A stretch of DNA of 63,884 nt, counting the filler, from Reticulomyxa filosa (Eukaryota > Protista > Foraminifera): the NCBI GenBank assembly GCA_000512085.1. It is 24 parts of 24 records of this genome, joined end to end, with 100 filler letters (N's around TTAATTAATTAA, not from the genome) between each part and the next. Parts side by side here need not be neighbours in the genome. Positions count along the whole stretch, not along the records: positions 22,839 to 30,116 come from ASPP01007685.1; positions 30,217 to 31,966 come from ASPP01003969.1; positions 32,067 to 39,051 come from ASPP01023568.1; 21 more parts are not named here. The stretch is one strand, 5' to 3'. The translations under genes were made by a program, and so were the position numbers. The notes under the pieces were generated by a model. The model did no database searches. It saw nothing but the letters and a program-made list of their open reading frames with translations, and was not told where the DNA came from. Of the stretch, positions 25,255 through 37,436 are shown piece after piece (positions within the stretch are counted from its first letter, which is position 1; each line of letters starts with the position of its first letter).

Positions 25255-26155
25255 TTATGTTTTTTTATCATTTTTCAACTGAATTAGCAATTTTCTCATT
25301 CGTTCTTGATCACCCGACAAACCGCTTTTGTCTGTTGGTTCTTGCAAATTCACCATTTTGGCAACTTGCTCCCACACCGTTCCATGTTCAAAAACCGCTT
25401 GTAAGTCTTCACGCAATTGAGTTTCTTTTGTTCTATTTTTAAGTTACATTATTTTACATGAAATTTTTTTTTTGTAACTTTGTAAAAAAAAACGTTAAAA
25501 GGGAATAGGCGTGGAGAGGAAAAAGGGGGAGGATGAAGTTCAACTCAAATTACTTGTTTTGTTTTTTTGCTTCTTGGATGCGTCTCTTGCGGTCATCATG
25601 AAACTTTTGTATATCTTCCTTCGCTTGTTGTTGGAGCTGATCCTTTTTTTTTTTTTGAGGTTAATAGCGTTTTATTTAAATTGTTGGAAAATGTTCAACC
25701 TTTATCTAATGAAAATCTCTCCTATCTTTAGTCGCTTAAAAAACTTAACTTGTTCTTCTCGTTCTTTTTTTGCTTTCTCTTGTAACATTTGGCGATGTGA
25801 TTCTAACCAGACACTATTAAGAAAATACATTTTTTTTTTACCGAAGTTCAAACGTGTATTCTATTTAAAGGGTCTTATCACAAACTTTTGCCGTGAATTT
25901 TTATATACGTATTCATTAGGAAGTTTTGTGTCTTTTTTTTGTTTGTTGAAAAGCCTTCTACCTGAAGACTGTAGGCTCTTGATCTTCTGATTGTTTTTTC
26001 TCTTGTGGAACCTCTACGTCAGTAAAAACATCTCCATAGTTTCCGTCATTACTTACAACGTTTTCTTCCACTTGAATATCTGCACTGCCATTTTCATAAG
26101 GATTTGACGCTCCAATGTTATTTGTAGTCGTATCATCCGTCAAAAAGTCATCCAT
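25255..26155 (-). CDS. CLC: Clathrin light chain, 4 exons
   Basis: Acidic N-terminus, EPTVF|SVWLESHRQMLQEKAKKEREEQ|DQLQQQAKEDIQKFHDDRKRR..|..GTVWEQVAKMVNL..DQERMRKLLIQLKN. Three GT-AG introns in phase; TAA at 25255-25257. Confidence 0.85.
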
Positions 26156-26758
26156 GTTGGGTTATTACCTTCTGGACAATGAACGAGAAAATAAACAACA
26201 ATTCTTGAGTGGCCCTTTATATCTGAAGTTCTTGACAGTGGGTAACTGTCCACAAACGGAAAACCGATGAAAGTTGTAGCAGATGTACGAAGAATTAGGC
26301 TTTCGTGTGCAAACAAAGATAAATTTATATATTTTACACTCTTTGTCTCTGCTAAAATATTACATGACAATAATATTATTTTTCTTTTATTTATAAACCC
26401 TTGCGCTCTAATTGTTTCAGAGATTTTAGTTAGATGAAAATTGGTCACATTGCTACGACACCAAATACTGAATTAGGTAATATCAAACATTATTCAAAGA
26501 CGTTATGCTTCAGTTGTAAGAAAAATATCATTATCTTTTTATAATAACCAATTTAGGAACAGTGAGACTTTGATTATATTTTGATGAAACATATTTTGAT
26601 TAAAACAAAACCTTTCAGCCAGTATTTTTTTTGAAAATGCACACTCTATCTTGTTTTAAATAAAATAAAAATACAAAAATCTTTAAGAAACATTGAACTT
26701 TTTATTTTGTCAAATCTGTTATCTGTTTGTCTGAACAAACGGACAAGTGCATGTTTTT

Positions 26759-29358
26759 TCATTTGCTATCTAATTCAGTGTTATGTGTGGTTGCTATTGT
26801 AGCATTATCTCGAAGATCAAACGATCTCTTTGGTGTATCTATGCGATTTACAACGGTATTTAAAGCATTTTTTTTATGGTAAAAACACGTCAAAAACTAC
26901 GTTGTGTGGCTCCCAACACGAAAGTGCCTACCGTCAAAAAATTCTTCAATTTCAATTTCATCTAGAGTTCCTTGTATACCATGGACACTTTTTTCAAGAG
27001 TATCTTCTAGAACCTGTTCTGGTATGATTGTTGAACTAGGATAATCATCTTCTATTGCTCTTTCCAAAACTCGACTTGACCCTCGTTCATTTTGTGTCGG
27101 GGATTGTTGTAATTCCTACTCTTCCACAACAAAAAAACAAGCACAATACAGTTTTATTTATTTACCTTGTGTGATATCTACGAAATCTCTAAACTGAAAC
27201 GCCTAAATTGTTGGATGCATTTGAATCAAATTTCAAGTCCGATTGTTCGTCAACTGTAATACGAAAATAATGAACTTTTTATGTTTCTTGAGCTCTCTCA
27301 AACGAACGAAAAAGTTTCCAAATGAACATATATGTCATACCTTTGTTAGTGGCGTCTCCAGTGACGAGAGGCAGTGGATCAACATGTTGCACTTCACTTG
27401 ATTGGTTTGTGTCGACTTGGTTTGCGTCTTCATGATCAGAGTTAGAAAAGATAAAAGCACCATCTGCAAGGATACTTCGGCTTGTCGGGATGTCTGTTGT
27501 GTGTAATTTGTTGTAAGCTAAATCGTGAGCTTCCGTCTGTCCGCTTTGAAAGGGTTCATCTAATGAACTGTTACATTCAAGTGACTGGATTAGATTTTCT
27601 TGTGTACTTATCAATTGAGAAACTGATTTGTTACTCTCAGAGTTTGTGTCACTGATCGAGTCTTTCGCGTAGACAAAACCTTATTTAGTTTTTTTTATTT
27701 GTTCCTCTTTAGTATTGACTGTTGAAATTTTTTCAAAAACAACAGGAAATGTGAAATGTAGAAAATAAGGAAACTATCCAATAATTTGCAGGGCTATGTT
27801 ATATTTTTGTTAACTTGTGTCATTGTCGATCTGGTGAGGTGTTGCCAAAGCCAATGCTGACATTGGGGTTGATAAATCGATAGAATCTTTGATTGGTTGA
27901 ATTGGATTTGACAAATTGATATGGTCTTTGATTGGCTGCGCCAATTCGGTCGACAATGATCTATAGACACTGGGCAAAGGAAGGTCATTCATAACACTAT
28001 CTTTGTGTGTGCCCTTTTGCATTTGTAAATTCCAAGTATCTTGCATTTGTTGTTTAACCATGTTGAGTGAGTTCCATAACCTTTCAAACATTTCTTGTGT
28101 CATTTGTGTCACTGAACTATGTTTTTATTTATTTATTTTTAATACGTTTTCATGACGTGTCTTTTTTTTGTTTCTGGGAGCATTGTCAAACTTAAAGTCA
28201 TGCAAGTGTCTCCTGGAAATATGTTGCAACTTCTCTGATATTTGTTGCATATCCGTCTGACATTTTTCGTTTTCATTGGTAGCAAGACGTATCTGTTTCT
28301 TTAGATATTCCCTATTATTTTTTGACAAACATAAAAGAAACCGCTAAAAAAATATAAAAGAAAGCATGGTCAAAATAATAAAATACCAAGAATTTTGAGA
28401 GTCTTTGTTGATACGTTGAATATGTTCATTAAAATCATCCCATTTATCTGACACGTCTTTGTGAAATCTTTCTTGTGTGGATATTCGTGTCTTAATTTCT
28501 GCTCTTAAAATGTTGTCCAAATAACGAACTTCTTGTTCGACCATCAGTTGGAGTTGGTTCAATGATTGTCGAATAGTGGATTGCAACTTGCTCGCAAAAT
28601 TTTTAAAATGCAGCTGACACTCGTTCAAATTGTGACTGTATTCGTCCATGAGTGTCGAAAGGTGTTCCATCTCCTTTTTATTTTTATGAACATATTCAGT
28701 AGTCGAAGACTCTATTGAGGTCAGTTTAATTTCCAAATGTTCAATTTTTGCCAAGTTTTTATCCATCACTGTATCGATTTTTTGTTTTACTTCCCTGTTG
28801 TTGGTTGTGATCTTTGTCATCAATTCATTTGTATTGCAAGTCGTTGATTGTAACAAACGTTCCATTTCTTGTTTTACGATATTAATTTCATCTTCAAAAC
28901 GTTTCTCCGATTGTGTGTTCTGATTGAAAGGAAAACAAAAAAAAAACATAATTTTTAATTATACTTATTTTTTCCTTTTTTATATAATTTAACCTTTTCG
29001 TTTGCATAATTTAAATCTGATATCAGTTTTTCAATATATTTTTTTTGCCTAAGTTTGAATTCCTCACAATCAGTCATTATTATATTCACCTGATCTTGAG
29101 ACGCACGAATTTCGTTGGACAGCTCTCGTAAGTTTTCAGTCTATTGTCGTTTTTGTCGATGATTGGGCACTTTTTTTTTATTTCATTCGTCAAATTAAAA
29201 ATGAGTGGCAAAACTTGCGATTCGGCAGAGCGATCAGCATTGTCCAAGCGATAGCTTATTTTTTCAAACTGGTTGATCAACTTTGCCACAGCTTTTTCGA
29301 CATAATAAATACGACCCTCAATGGTTTGTGTGCCGGCTGGAGCAAGTTCCGATTGCAT
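26759..29358 (-). CDS. Hypothetical multi-exon coiled-coil protein
   Basis: Series of same-strand heptad-rich ORFs (29086-29358, 28344-28949, 28125-28328, 27810-28112, 27279-27614) separated by short AT-rich intron-like gaps. Ends approximate. Confidence 0.55.
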
Positions 29359-29585
29359 TTTCCTTTTTAGGATACTCAGTTACTAATAATGTAAAAATTT
29401 TTTTAGGAAAAAAAAACGTCAAAAAAAGAGTCAACGAATCGTACTGTCAATCTATGGACACAAAAGTGAAGCAATCAAACTTTAAAATAAGATCAATCAA
29501 AAAGCTGAACTCAAAAGGAGATGTTGTGTCCATCTCTAAATAAGACTATCTACATCATTCATCAATATTAAAAAGAATAAAAAAA

Positions 29586-30013
29586 ATGGCCGCTGATGTT
29601 CCAGGAGAGCTATCTGGTGAGCATTTGAAGCGCAAGCAAGTGGGAGCGTTTCACAAAATGGGTCTGAGCGACACACTGTTGCAAGGGATCCGTTATTGTA
29701 AGTATCGACTGCCCACACCGATTCAGCGTAAGAGTATTCCAGTGGCATTGGACGGACATGACATAGTGGCAATGGCCAGAACGGGAAGTGGTAAGACAGC
29801 AGCATTTTTGATCCCAATAATCCAAAACCTGAAGAGTCACAGCGCAACAATCGGTACGCGAGCACTAATTATCGCGCCGACGCGCGAGTTGGCAGTGCAA
29901 ACGCAAAAGTTTACAGCCCGGCTGTCTAAGTTTACGGATTTGCGCATTGCAGTGGTAATTGGAGGAGAAGCTTTGGAAAACCAATTCGACGCATTAGCGC
30001 ATAACCCAGACAT
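29586..30013 (+). CDS. DDX54: DEAD-box RNA helicase DBP10/DDX54, first exon
   Basis: Q motif F..MGLS..Y..PTPIQRKSIP, DIVAMARTGSGKTAAFLIP, LKSHS..G.RALIIAPTRELAVQT and IGGEALENQF..L..NPD are typical of Dbp10. Confidence 0.88.
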
Positions 30014-30079
30014 GTTTTAGTGTTTTTTATTTTTTATTTTTGGAAGATATTTTTTTTTTTTTATGAAAAAAAGACCCCC

Positions 30080-30113
<34 letters not shown>

Positions 30114-30227
30114 AAANNNNNNNNNNNNNNNNNNNNNNNNNNNNNNNNNNNNNNNNNNNNTTAATTAATTAANNNNNNNNNNNNNNNNNNNNNNNNNNNN
30201 NNNNNNNNNNNNNNNNAAAAAAGGGGG

Positions 30228-30260
<33 letters not shown>

Positions 30261-30262
<2 letters not shown>

Positions 30263-31832
30263 ACACGACAGTCCCAACAGGATAAGCACGATCAATACTA
30301 GCAATTGGAGACATGGGTCCAGTTTCGGATTCAGGATCGATATCTTGGAGTTCCTTTTCGTCGCTGAAGGAGTCGGTGAACTCACGTTCGTGTAGATTGG
30401 CATTGTCATCATTTTCTTTGGTTTCGTGTTGGCGAAGAAGAGGAGCCGAGGGATTGTCTTTGTTTGGGAGAAAATTTTGTTTGGTTTTGATGAGTTTGGA
30501 AATGGACAGCAAATCGCCTTGAAGAGCGTCAAAATAGCGACGAACTTTTCTGTCTTTGTCGTCAGTGGTGAATCGGCAATAGGCATCTTCCCAAAGCACC
30601 AAGTCACGAACATAGTATCGAGGTTTTAGAACATTGCGAATGGGGGTGTATCCAGGATTGCGATATTTGTTTTGTTCCCAATTTTTCTGTAAGTATTTCC
30701 ACAAGCTAGGAGTGCGAATCCATAGGTGCAATTCATCCCTTTCTTTTTCGCAGTTGCAAAAAAAGTCTCCAAATCTGCCCGAGTTGACATGAAGCATGAG
30801 TTCGAAGATGAGTTCGTGATTGAACTCAAAAGCGCGAGGATATTGGCGCATGATTTGGTATACGCAGTCCAAGAACTGCAAAAAGATAGGCGACCGTTCC
30901 TTTTCGGAGCGAGGGATCATATCTTGGCCAAAGTTGCCATTGCGATCAGCAAACTTGTGTCCGAACCAGATCCACTCTTTTTGGATGAGAATTTGAAAGC
31001 CTTCAAACTTGCGATAGTAGGGATCGAGCAGCAATTCTGCCAGCGCGCATACCTGAGCAGTGCGATCCCACCCATCGCTGCAATGCACCAACACACTGTA
31101 TTTATCTTTGTCACACATATTTGCGACACGCCGCGCACATTGCAAAATCTTGCTCAAATGCTGCACCCACTTGGTATCATTGAGATTGACATACCAATTG
31201 GAGTCCAACTGATTCTCGCAGCACTTTTTCAGCAGTGCCAAGGAATGTCTCATTTTATGAATATTTTCAATGTCAAAGAAGATCAAATGGGTTTGCGCAT
31301 ACGTATCGCCTTCAAAGCCTTTGCCTTGGATCTTATTCGCCATGGCATTGGCCCTCGGACGACAGTCGCAAATGACAAATGACTCACTGCACGTATTGAT
31401 CTTGTGAATGAGCGCAAGCAACTCCTCGTCCTCCGTGTTTCTGCGATTGGCCATGCCCGACGTAGGCTGACTGCAACGCGATATGGTCACACCTCTGGAG
31501 TTGGACCACGTGATGACAGGCAGACGATTGCGACTGCGATGACTGGCGGCGCCTTTCAGCAACGTCCCGCTGGCGGCCTTGGGCACGAGCAGCAGTCTGG
31601 GATACGTATCGCACAGCTCGTATTTGAGGTTCTCTTTGGACAAGCGAAAGGGACAGTCGTGGTTGGTTTCGTCCAGGCCTAAGCGTACGTACTCTTTGCG
31701 CATCATCTCTTCGCGGTGGCCCTTTTCGAATCGAGTGTCACGAAGGTCGTGTTTCAGATATTTTTCCTCGAGGTCGAGAATGGAAGGTAAGGGGAGATGT
31801 TCAGTGATGGATAGATTGGACGAAGTAATTGG

Positions 31833-31869
<37 letters not shown>

Positions 31870-31874
31870 ATTGC

Positions 31875-31915
<41 letters not shown>

Positions 31916-31966
31916 ATTGGTAATAATGATGCATTAATCCCTGTTAGATTCATATTTCCTAATGAC
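30261..31966 (-). CDS. Myotubularin-family phosphoinositide 3-phosphatase (active), 5'-partial
   Basis: YELCDTYP, RSRNRLPV, RCSQP, DCRP..NA.ANK..GKGFE, IENIH.MR.S, catalytic VHCSDGWDRT, LDPYYR, KEW..FGHKF.DR, ERSPIFLQFLDCV.Q...Q.P.AFEF. Confidence 0.95.
31832..31920. repeat. Adjacent (GAT)n and (TGT)n microsatellites (polyS and polyQ on - strand)
   Basis: Seen directly, upstream in the myotubularin reading frame. Confidence 0.85.
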
Positions 31967-32066
31967 NNNNNNNNNNNNNNNNNNNNNNNNNNNNNNNNNN
32001 NNNNNNNNNNTTAATTAATTAANNNNNNNNNNNNNNNNNNNNNNNNNNNNNNNNNNNNNNNNNNNN

Positions 32067-32509
32067 AAAAAAAAAAAAAAACTTGATTCGAAACTGGTTT
32101 TTTTTCAAAGGTTTTAACATCGGATTCGTATGCTTCAGACATATTGGAATATAACTCGTGTGCTGTTTTAAAGTCATTTTCAATTTTATACTTAATTTCA
32201 ATCGATTCTTTCGTCATTCCCATTCGAAGTTCTAAACCTTTTTGAGTTTCCACATCCTTTTTATTTTATTTATTAGATAAGTAACTTTTTCTTATATAAT
32301 TAATAACAGCAATAAAAAAATACAAATATTACTGTTTTAATCGATCGCAATAAATGGTGTAAATCTGCTTTGTTTTGTTGAAAGTTGTCTAATGGGGCAC
32401 GTTCACTCTTTTTAGTTATTCCTATTACACAATCTTGTTCTACTTCTTCCACTTCGCGTAACAATACCTTCATTTGTCGAAGTGGTCCATTTTGTTTTTC
32501 GGTTAACAT
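32067..32509 (-). CDS. Hypothetical protein, possibly SNARE (SYP7/syntaxin-71-like) N-terminus, 3'-partial
   Basis: Two exons (MLTEKQ..LLRSIKT | DVETQKGLE..ESIEIKYKIEND) with helical-bundle character. The family call is by weak pattern only. Confidence 0.3.
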
Positions 32510-32758
32510 ATTCTTTTATTTGAGGTTTATTTTTTAAGTAGTTTTTTTAAAAGGAAAAAAAAAAAGAATATTTTATTTTTAAAATATCACATTTACATAT
32601 ACATGTATTTATATATTACAGCTTTCTAAATTTTAAATTTTATAAAATTAACGAATTATTATTAAAATAAACAACCTCTATTTTTTTTTACAAAAACTCA
32701 AAAAAAAAAAAAATTGCGCCTGTCAAGTGTTCACTCTCTTCCATTTTCTTATACTACA

Positions 32759-35063
32759 ATGAATGAAGATATTACTACTGATTTACTAGAAAACAAAAAA
32801 TTAGACGACCTTGCATCTCCTTTTGAAACTTTACACTCTTTACCTACTCCACTTTCTCAAAGTCAATGCATTATTCATAATAATGAAATACTCATACTTG
32901 GTGGATGGAATAAGAAAGCATGCTATTCTTATCATATAATTAAAGATCAATATAAATATATTTGTTCTTATCCTGATGATATTAATTTATATGGACATTG
33001 TGTAGTAAAATATTTAGATAATAATAATCCTAATAATATTATATTATTATCTATTAGTGGATCTAAATATATTAAAAAACAAACATTAATAATGAATTAT
33101 ATAAGTATTTGGAATAATAATAATAATAAAATTAAAAAAGATATATATAATGAATGGATTCCTTTAATAGATAATAATAATAATAATAATAATAAAATTA
33201 TAATTGGTAGAGATGAAGATAATTATGAAGGTGCACGTGCAATAATTAATGGAAGTAATAAACATTTATTATTTATTACTTATCCTCCAAAAAATATTAG
33301 TATATTTAATTTAAATACATTTAAATATATTAAACATGATATTTTACCAATTGATAATGATAATGGAATAAGATATCATTGTTTTATTACAAAAACAGAA
33401 AATGAATTACCATTAATAAATGAAATGATATTATTACGAAAAAATAAAGGATTATTAATTAAATATGAAGAAGATAATAATATTTTTCAATTTAATATTA
33501 TAGATATTTGTACAACTATTGAAAAATTTTTTTCATATGGATATGTTTGTGTAAATGATTTTATATTATTTTTTGGTGGATGTAGTAATCCTATAATTGG
33601 TATTTCAAAAGATATACATAAATTTTCTATGAAAGAAAATAAATGGTTAAAAATTAAACAAAATTTACCTATTTCATTAAGTGGTAGTGTTATAATATTT
33701 AATAAAGATAATATGTATATTCATATTATTGGTGGACATAATGGTAAGGAACCTGTATCAAAACATATGAGAATTAAAATAAATCAATTAATTAAAGAAG
33801 AGAATGAAATAGAAAAACAATGGATTAAAGAAGAAGAAGAAAGAAAAGAAATTGAAGAAATTAAAAAAATAATTGAAAAAAAGAAAGATAAATTTAATTT
33901 AAAAAAATTAAAAGTTAAATTTATTTTATTTATTTTAATATAATTAATTAATTATTTTAAAAATAAAAAAATAAAAAAATAAAATTTAGAAACAAATAGA
34001 AATTGAAATGATAATTGAATATTGGTTACGTTCATCTTTTATTAATATGGGATGGCTTAATTATTTTAATATTATTATTGCACGATATGTGAAGGTATTT
34101 ATATATTTATACAATAATTTATATATTCTATTTATAAAATAAAATAAAATAAAATAAAAAAAAAAAAAATAGATAAAATTTTTCAAAATATTAAAAATTC
34201 TTCAAGGACATTCCATAAATGTAAACAGTGTTAAATTTTCATTAGATGGTACTAAAATTATTTCATGCTCTGATGATTCAACTATTCGAATATGGGATGT
34301 AAAATCAGGAAAAGAACTTCACGTATTAAAAAGACATTCAGGTCCAACATATCATATACATTTTTCACCAAAAGATAATATTGCTATAACATGTTCTTAT
34401 GATGAATTAATTCGATTATGGGATATAAGATCTTGGACAGAAATTAAAAAATTAGAAGGACATCTTGATAGTGTTACAAAAGCTCAATTTTCACCTGATG
34501 GAGAAATAATTGCATCAAGTTCATTAGATAATACTATTCGAATTTGGAATGTAAAATCTGGACAACAAATAAAAAGACTTCAAGGGCATTCTAATTGGGT
34601 AAATGATGTACAATTTTCACCTGATGGTCAACAACTTGTTTCATCATCAAATGATAATACTATTTGTATTTGGGATGTAAATTCTGGTGAAAATATACAT
34701 AAATTAAAAGGACATTCCGAATATGTAATAATGTCACAATTTTCTCCAGATGGTAAATATATTGTTTCATGTTCACATGATGAAACAATTAGAATATGGG
34801 ATGTTAAATCAGGAAATCAAATAGAAAAACTTGTATTACATTTTGATGTTATAAAAGATGTCAAATTCTCAATTGATGGACAAACTATAATATCATGTTC
34901 ATCAGATAAAACAATTCGATTATGGGATACAAAATTGAAAATAGAAATGCAAAAACTAGAAGGACATTCAAAAGGTGTCACAGGAATAGATATTTCACCA
35001 GATGATAGCATGATTGCTTCATCTTCAAAAGATGGAACAATTCGACTATGGGGACTATTGTGA
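32759..35063 (+). CDS. Kelch-like repeat + WD40-repeat protein, 3 exons
   Basis: Exon 1 kelch-like (ILILGG..CYSYH, ILFFGG, IHIIGG). Introns 33914-33989 and 34095-34172; middle exon IEYWLR..MGWLNYFNIIIARYV; exon 3 (34173-35063) is open with 7 WD repeats. Confidence 0.9.
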
Positions 35064-35563
35064 TTTCCACAAAAATCAATCTACTAACTCGAATCTTTTT
35101 TTTCTTTTTAAAATTACAAAAAAGATAGTGAATTTTTATTTTTTGTGCTGGAATACAAAATTCAGGTCATTCGCTTTGTTTTTTTATTATGTTGTACACG
35201 TGTGAAATGTTATTTTTATTTGATTTTGAAAAAGAACGTAGTAATCACAAATTGTGTTGTGCACAATTCGAAAAGTTTTTGTTGAATATCCTCAAGTATA
35301 TCAATTTTGAATGGTTTGCAAGGAGGCAGACATTTCAAAAAATGTTTGCTGTGTGTAAACAATGTTAAAACAAGATTTTTCAAATGTTATGGCTGCACAT
35401 AAATATTCATCCTTTTTCTTTAAACATCAGTAATAGTTATATTGAAAAACTTTTACTTGATTATTAAAAAGTGTTGTTTAATACGATACTTTAAGAAACA
35501 AAATCAATTCGACCTTTGAATTGCTGTGCCATAAATTGAATTGTTGTAGGTGTAAGAAGAAAA

Positions 35564-36917
35564 TTAAAAAATTTTCATTGCTTTCAATTTTTCAAATAAT
35601 TCTTCAACATTTTCCACAAGAGCACCTCCTTTGCGAGGTGGAGGCTCTTTGATTTCAAGATATTCAACATTTGGTGCATATTTGATTCCCATGTCATCCA
35701 AGTTGATTTCCTCCAAAGGTTTTTTCTTGGCCTTCATAATATTTTGCAAGGTTGCAAATCTGGGTTCATTCAATCGAAGGTCACACGTGATCACAGCGGG
35801 CAATGAGAGTTTGATTCGTTGTCCACCATTATCGACTTCACGTAATATTTCCAATTCCTTTGATATCCAAACAAACAAGCAAAACATCCATACACAACTA
35901 AATAGAGCCAACAGTAGTAATGTAATGTATCTCCTTTTGATCATGGATGCAACAGTATGTTTTTTTTTAAGTTTTGAGTATAACTGTTTTGCTCAAGACT
36001 TTGATTTGACTAGCAAAAGTAGCTTGTGGCCATCCTAATCTCCCGGCGAGCATTGGCCCAGTTTGTGAGCAGTCGTCATCGATTGACTGTTTGCCCATCA
36101 GCACCAAATGCGGGGACTCCTTTTCCACAATTTTGGCTAAGATTTTCGACACTGCCAATGGCTGAATGTATGTATCTAACTCTTGCTCAGTCACAACATG
36201 AATGGATCGATCAATGCCAATCGCCATCGCCGTACGCAATTGCTCGCTTGCCTTTTTTGGCCCTATTGTTACGGCAATCAGTTCACTTGCATGTCCAGCC
36301 TCTTTCAAGCGTACCTTTGTTATATTCAAGTTATATATATTATTTTTTTTTTTGTGCTCACAACAAACATATTTTTTAATATTTATATTTACGTTTGTCT
36401 GCTAGTGAGGCATACTCTACCTCCTTGCGCTTTTCAAAAATGCCTTGTCCTCTAATAAAATAGCAATTTATTTTTATTTTTATTTTATGTTTTATTTCAT
36501 TTACTTTATGCTTTTTTTTTTGACGCAACAAAAAACGGGATAAGGAAAAAAGGGGGACAATTTTTTAAAAAACAAAAACAAAAATAACAAGAAATTTCTA
36601 GTGTGGTTTTTTTTGTGTCTGCTTTTTGTCTTTTTATATGACAGTTTTTTTTTTTTGGTGGGACTAAAAAGGTGCCTTATTTAGATTTTCAGCCCTTGAA
36701 AAAAAAGAATTGCAAAAAAAAAAATCCTTTTTTTTTTTTGGTAAATTGTCCTCAGTTTTTGGACATGAACAAAGTAACTGCTTCTTCAATAGCAATATCA
36801 CAAAACGGGTTCGTAGACATTTTCACTGTCTTCTTCTCTATCCCCCAACTTGTCTGGTCGCACACGAATTTTTTACCGGTAATCAATCACCCTCTTTACT
36901 GGAACCAAGACACGCAT
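35564..36917 (-). CDS. ETFB: Electron transfer flavoprotein beta subunit (exon 1 disrupted in this assembly)
   Basis: MRVLVPVKRVIDY, MSTNPFCDIAIEEA|VRLKE, LRTAMAIGIDR, GKQSIDDD..QTG.MLA..LGWPQATFAS, REVDNG, PAVITCDLRLNEPRFATL.NIMKAKKKP. Introns 36315-36778 and 35858-35984. Confidence 0.93.
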
Positions 36918-37436
36918 TCTTATAAGTGTGTTGACGAGCTTATCCTTTGAGCTGCTACCCTAACAAAAAAAATATTATTATTCTAATGTGAACCCCTATT
37001 TTTTGTTCCAAGACAACTTGGGCTGTAGAGAGTCAATTCGAGCAAAAATAGTGCCTTGCAAGTAAATAGTCTTTTTCATTTTGGTTTCAACTATTATTGA
37101 ATGCCACAGTTTGTTGTGCAAAAAAAGTTTGGAAACAGTAGCGATCGGATTGGGCAATATTTATGTATATAATTATTGTGTTTCAAAGTTATTTGTTCAC
37201 CGCAAACAAACAAATTAAACAAACATTAAGCGTTGGATGGACAAGTTAGTGTCAAAGTGATACATAACCCCAACATTGTCCATTCAATGAAAAGAAAATT
37301 CCAACTATTTCTATCATAATAATAAAAAAAAAGAGGTAGGAGGGGTTTAGATGCACAAACACAAACTTTTGTATTCTTTTAATTATTATTATTACTGTTG
37401 TTATTTATTGTTCGACCAAGTCAAGATCTTGGTGCA

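Noticed and set aside
29358-29586. Compact bidirectional promoter between the coiled-coil gene and DBP10
   Set aside because: The true start of the minus-strand gene could not be fixed, and close head-to-head spacing alone is unremarkable.
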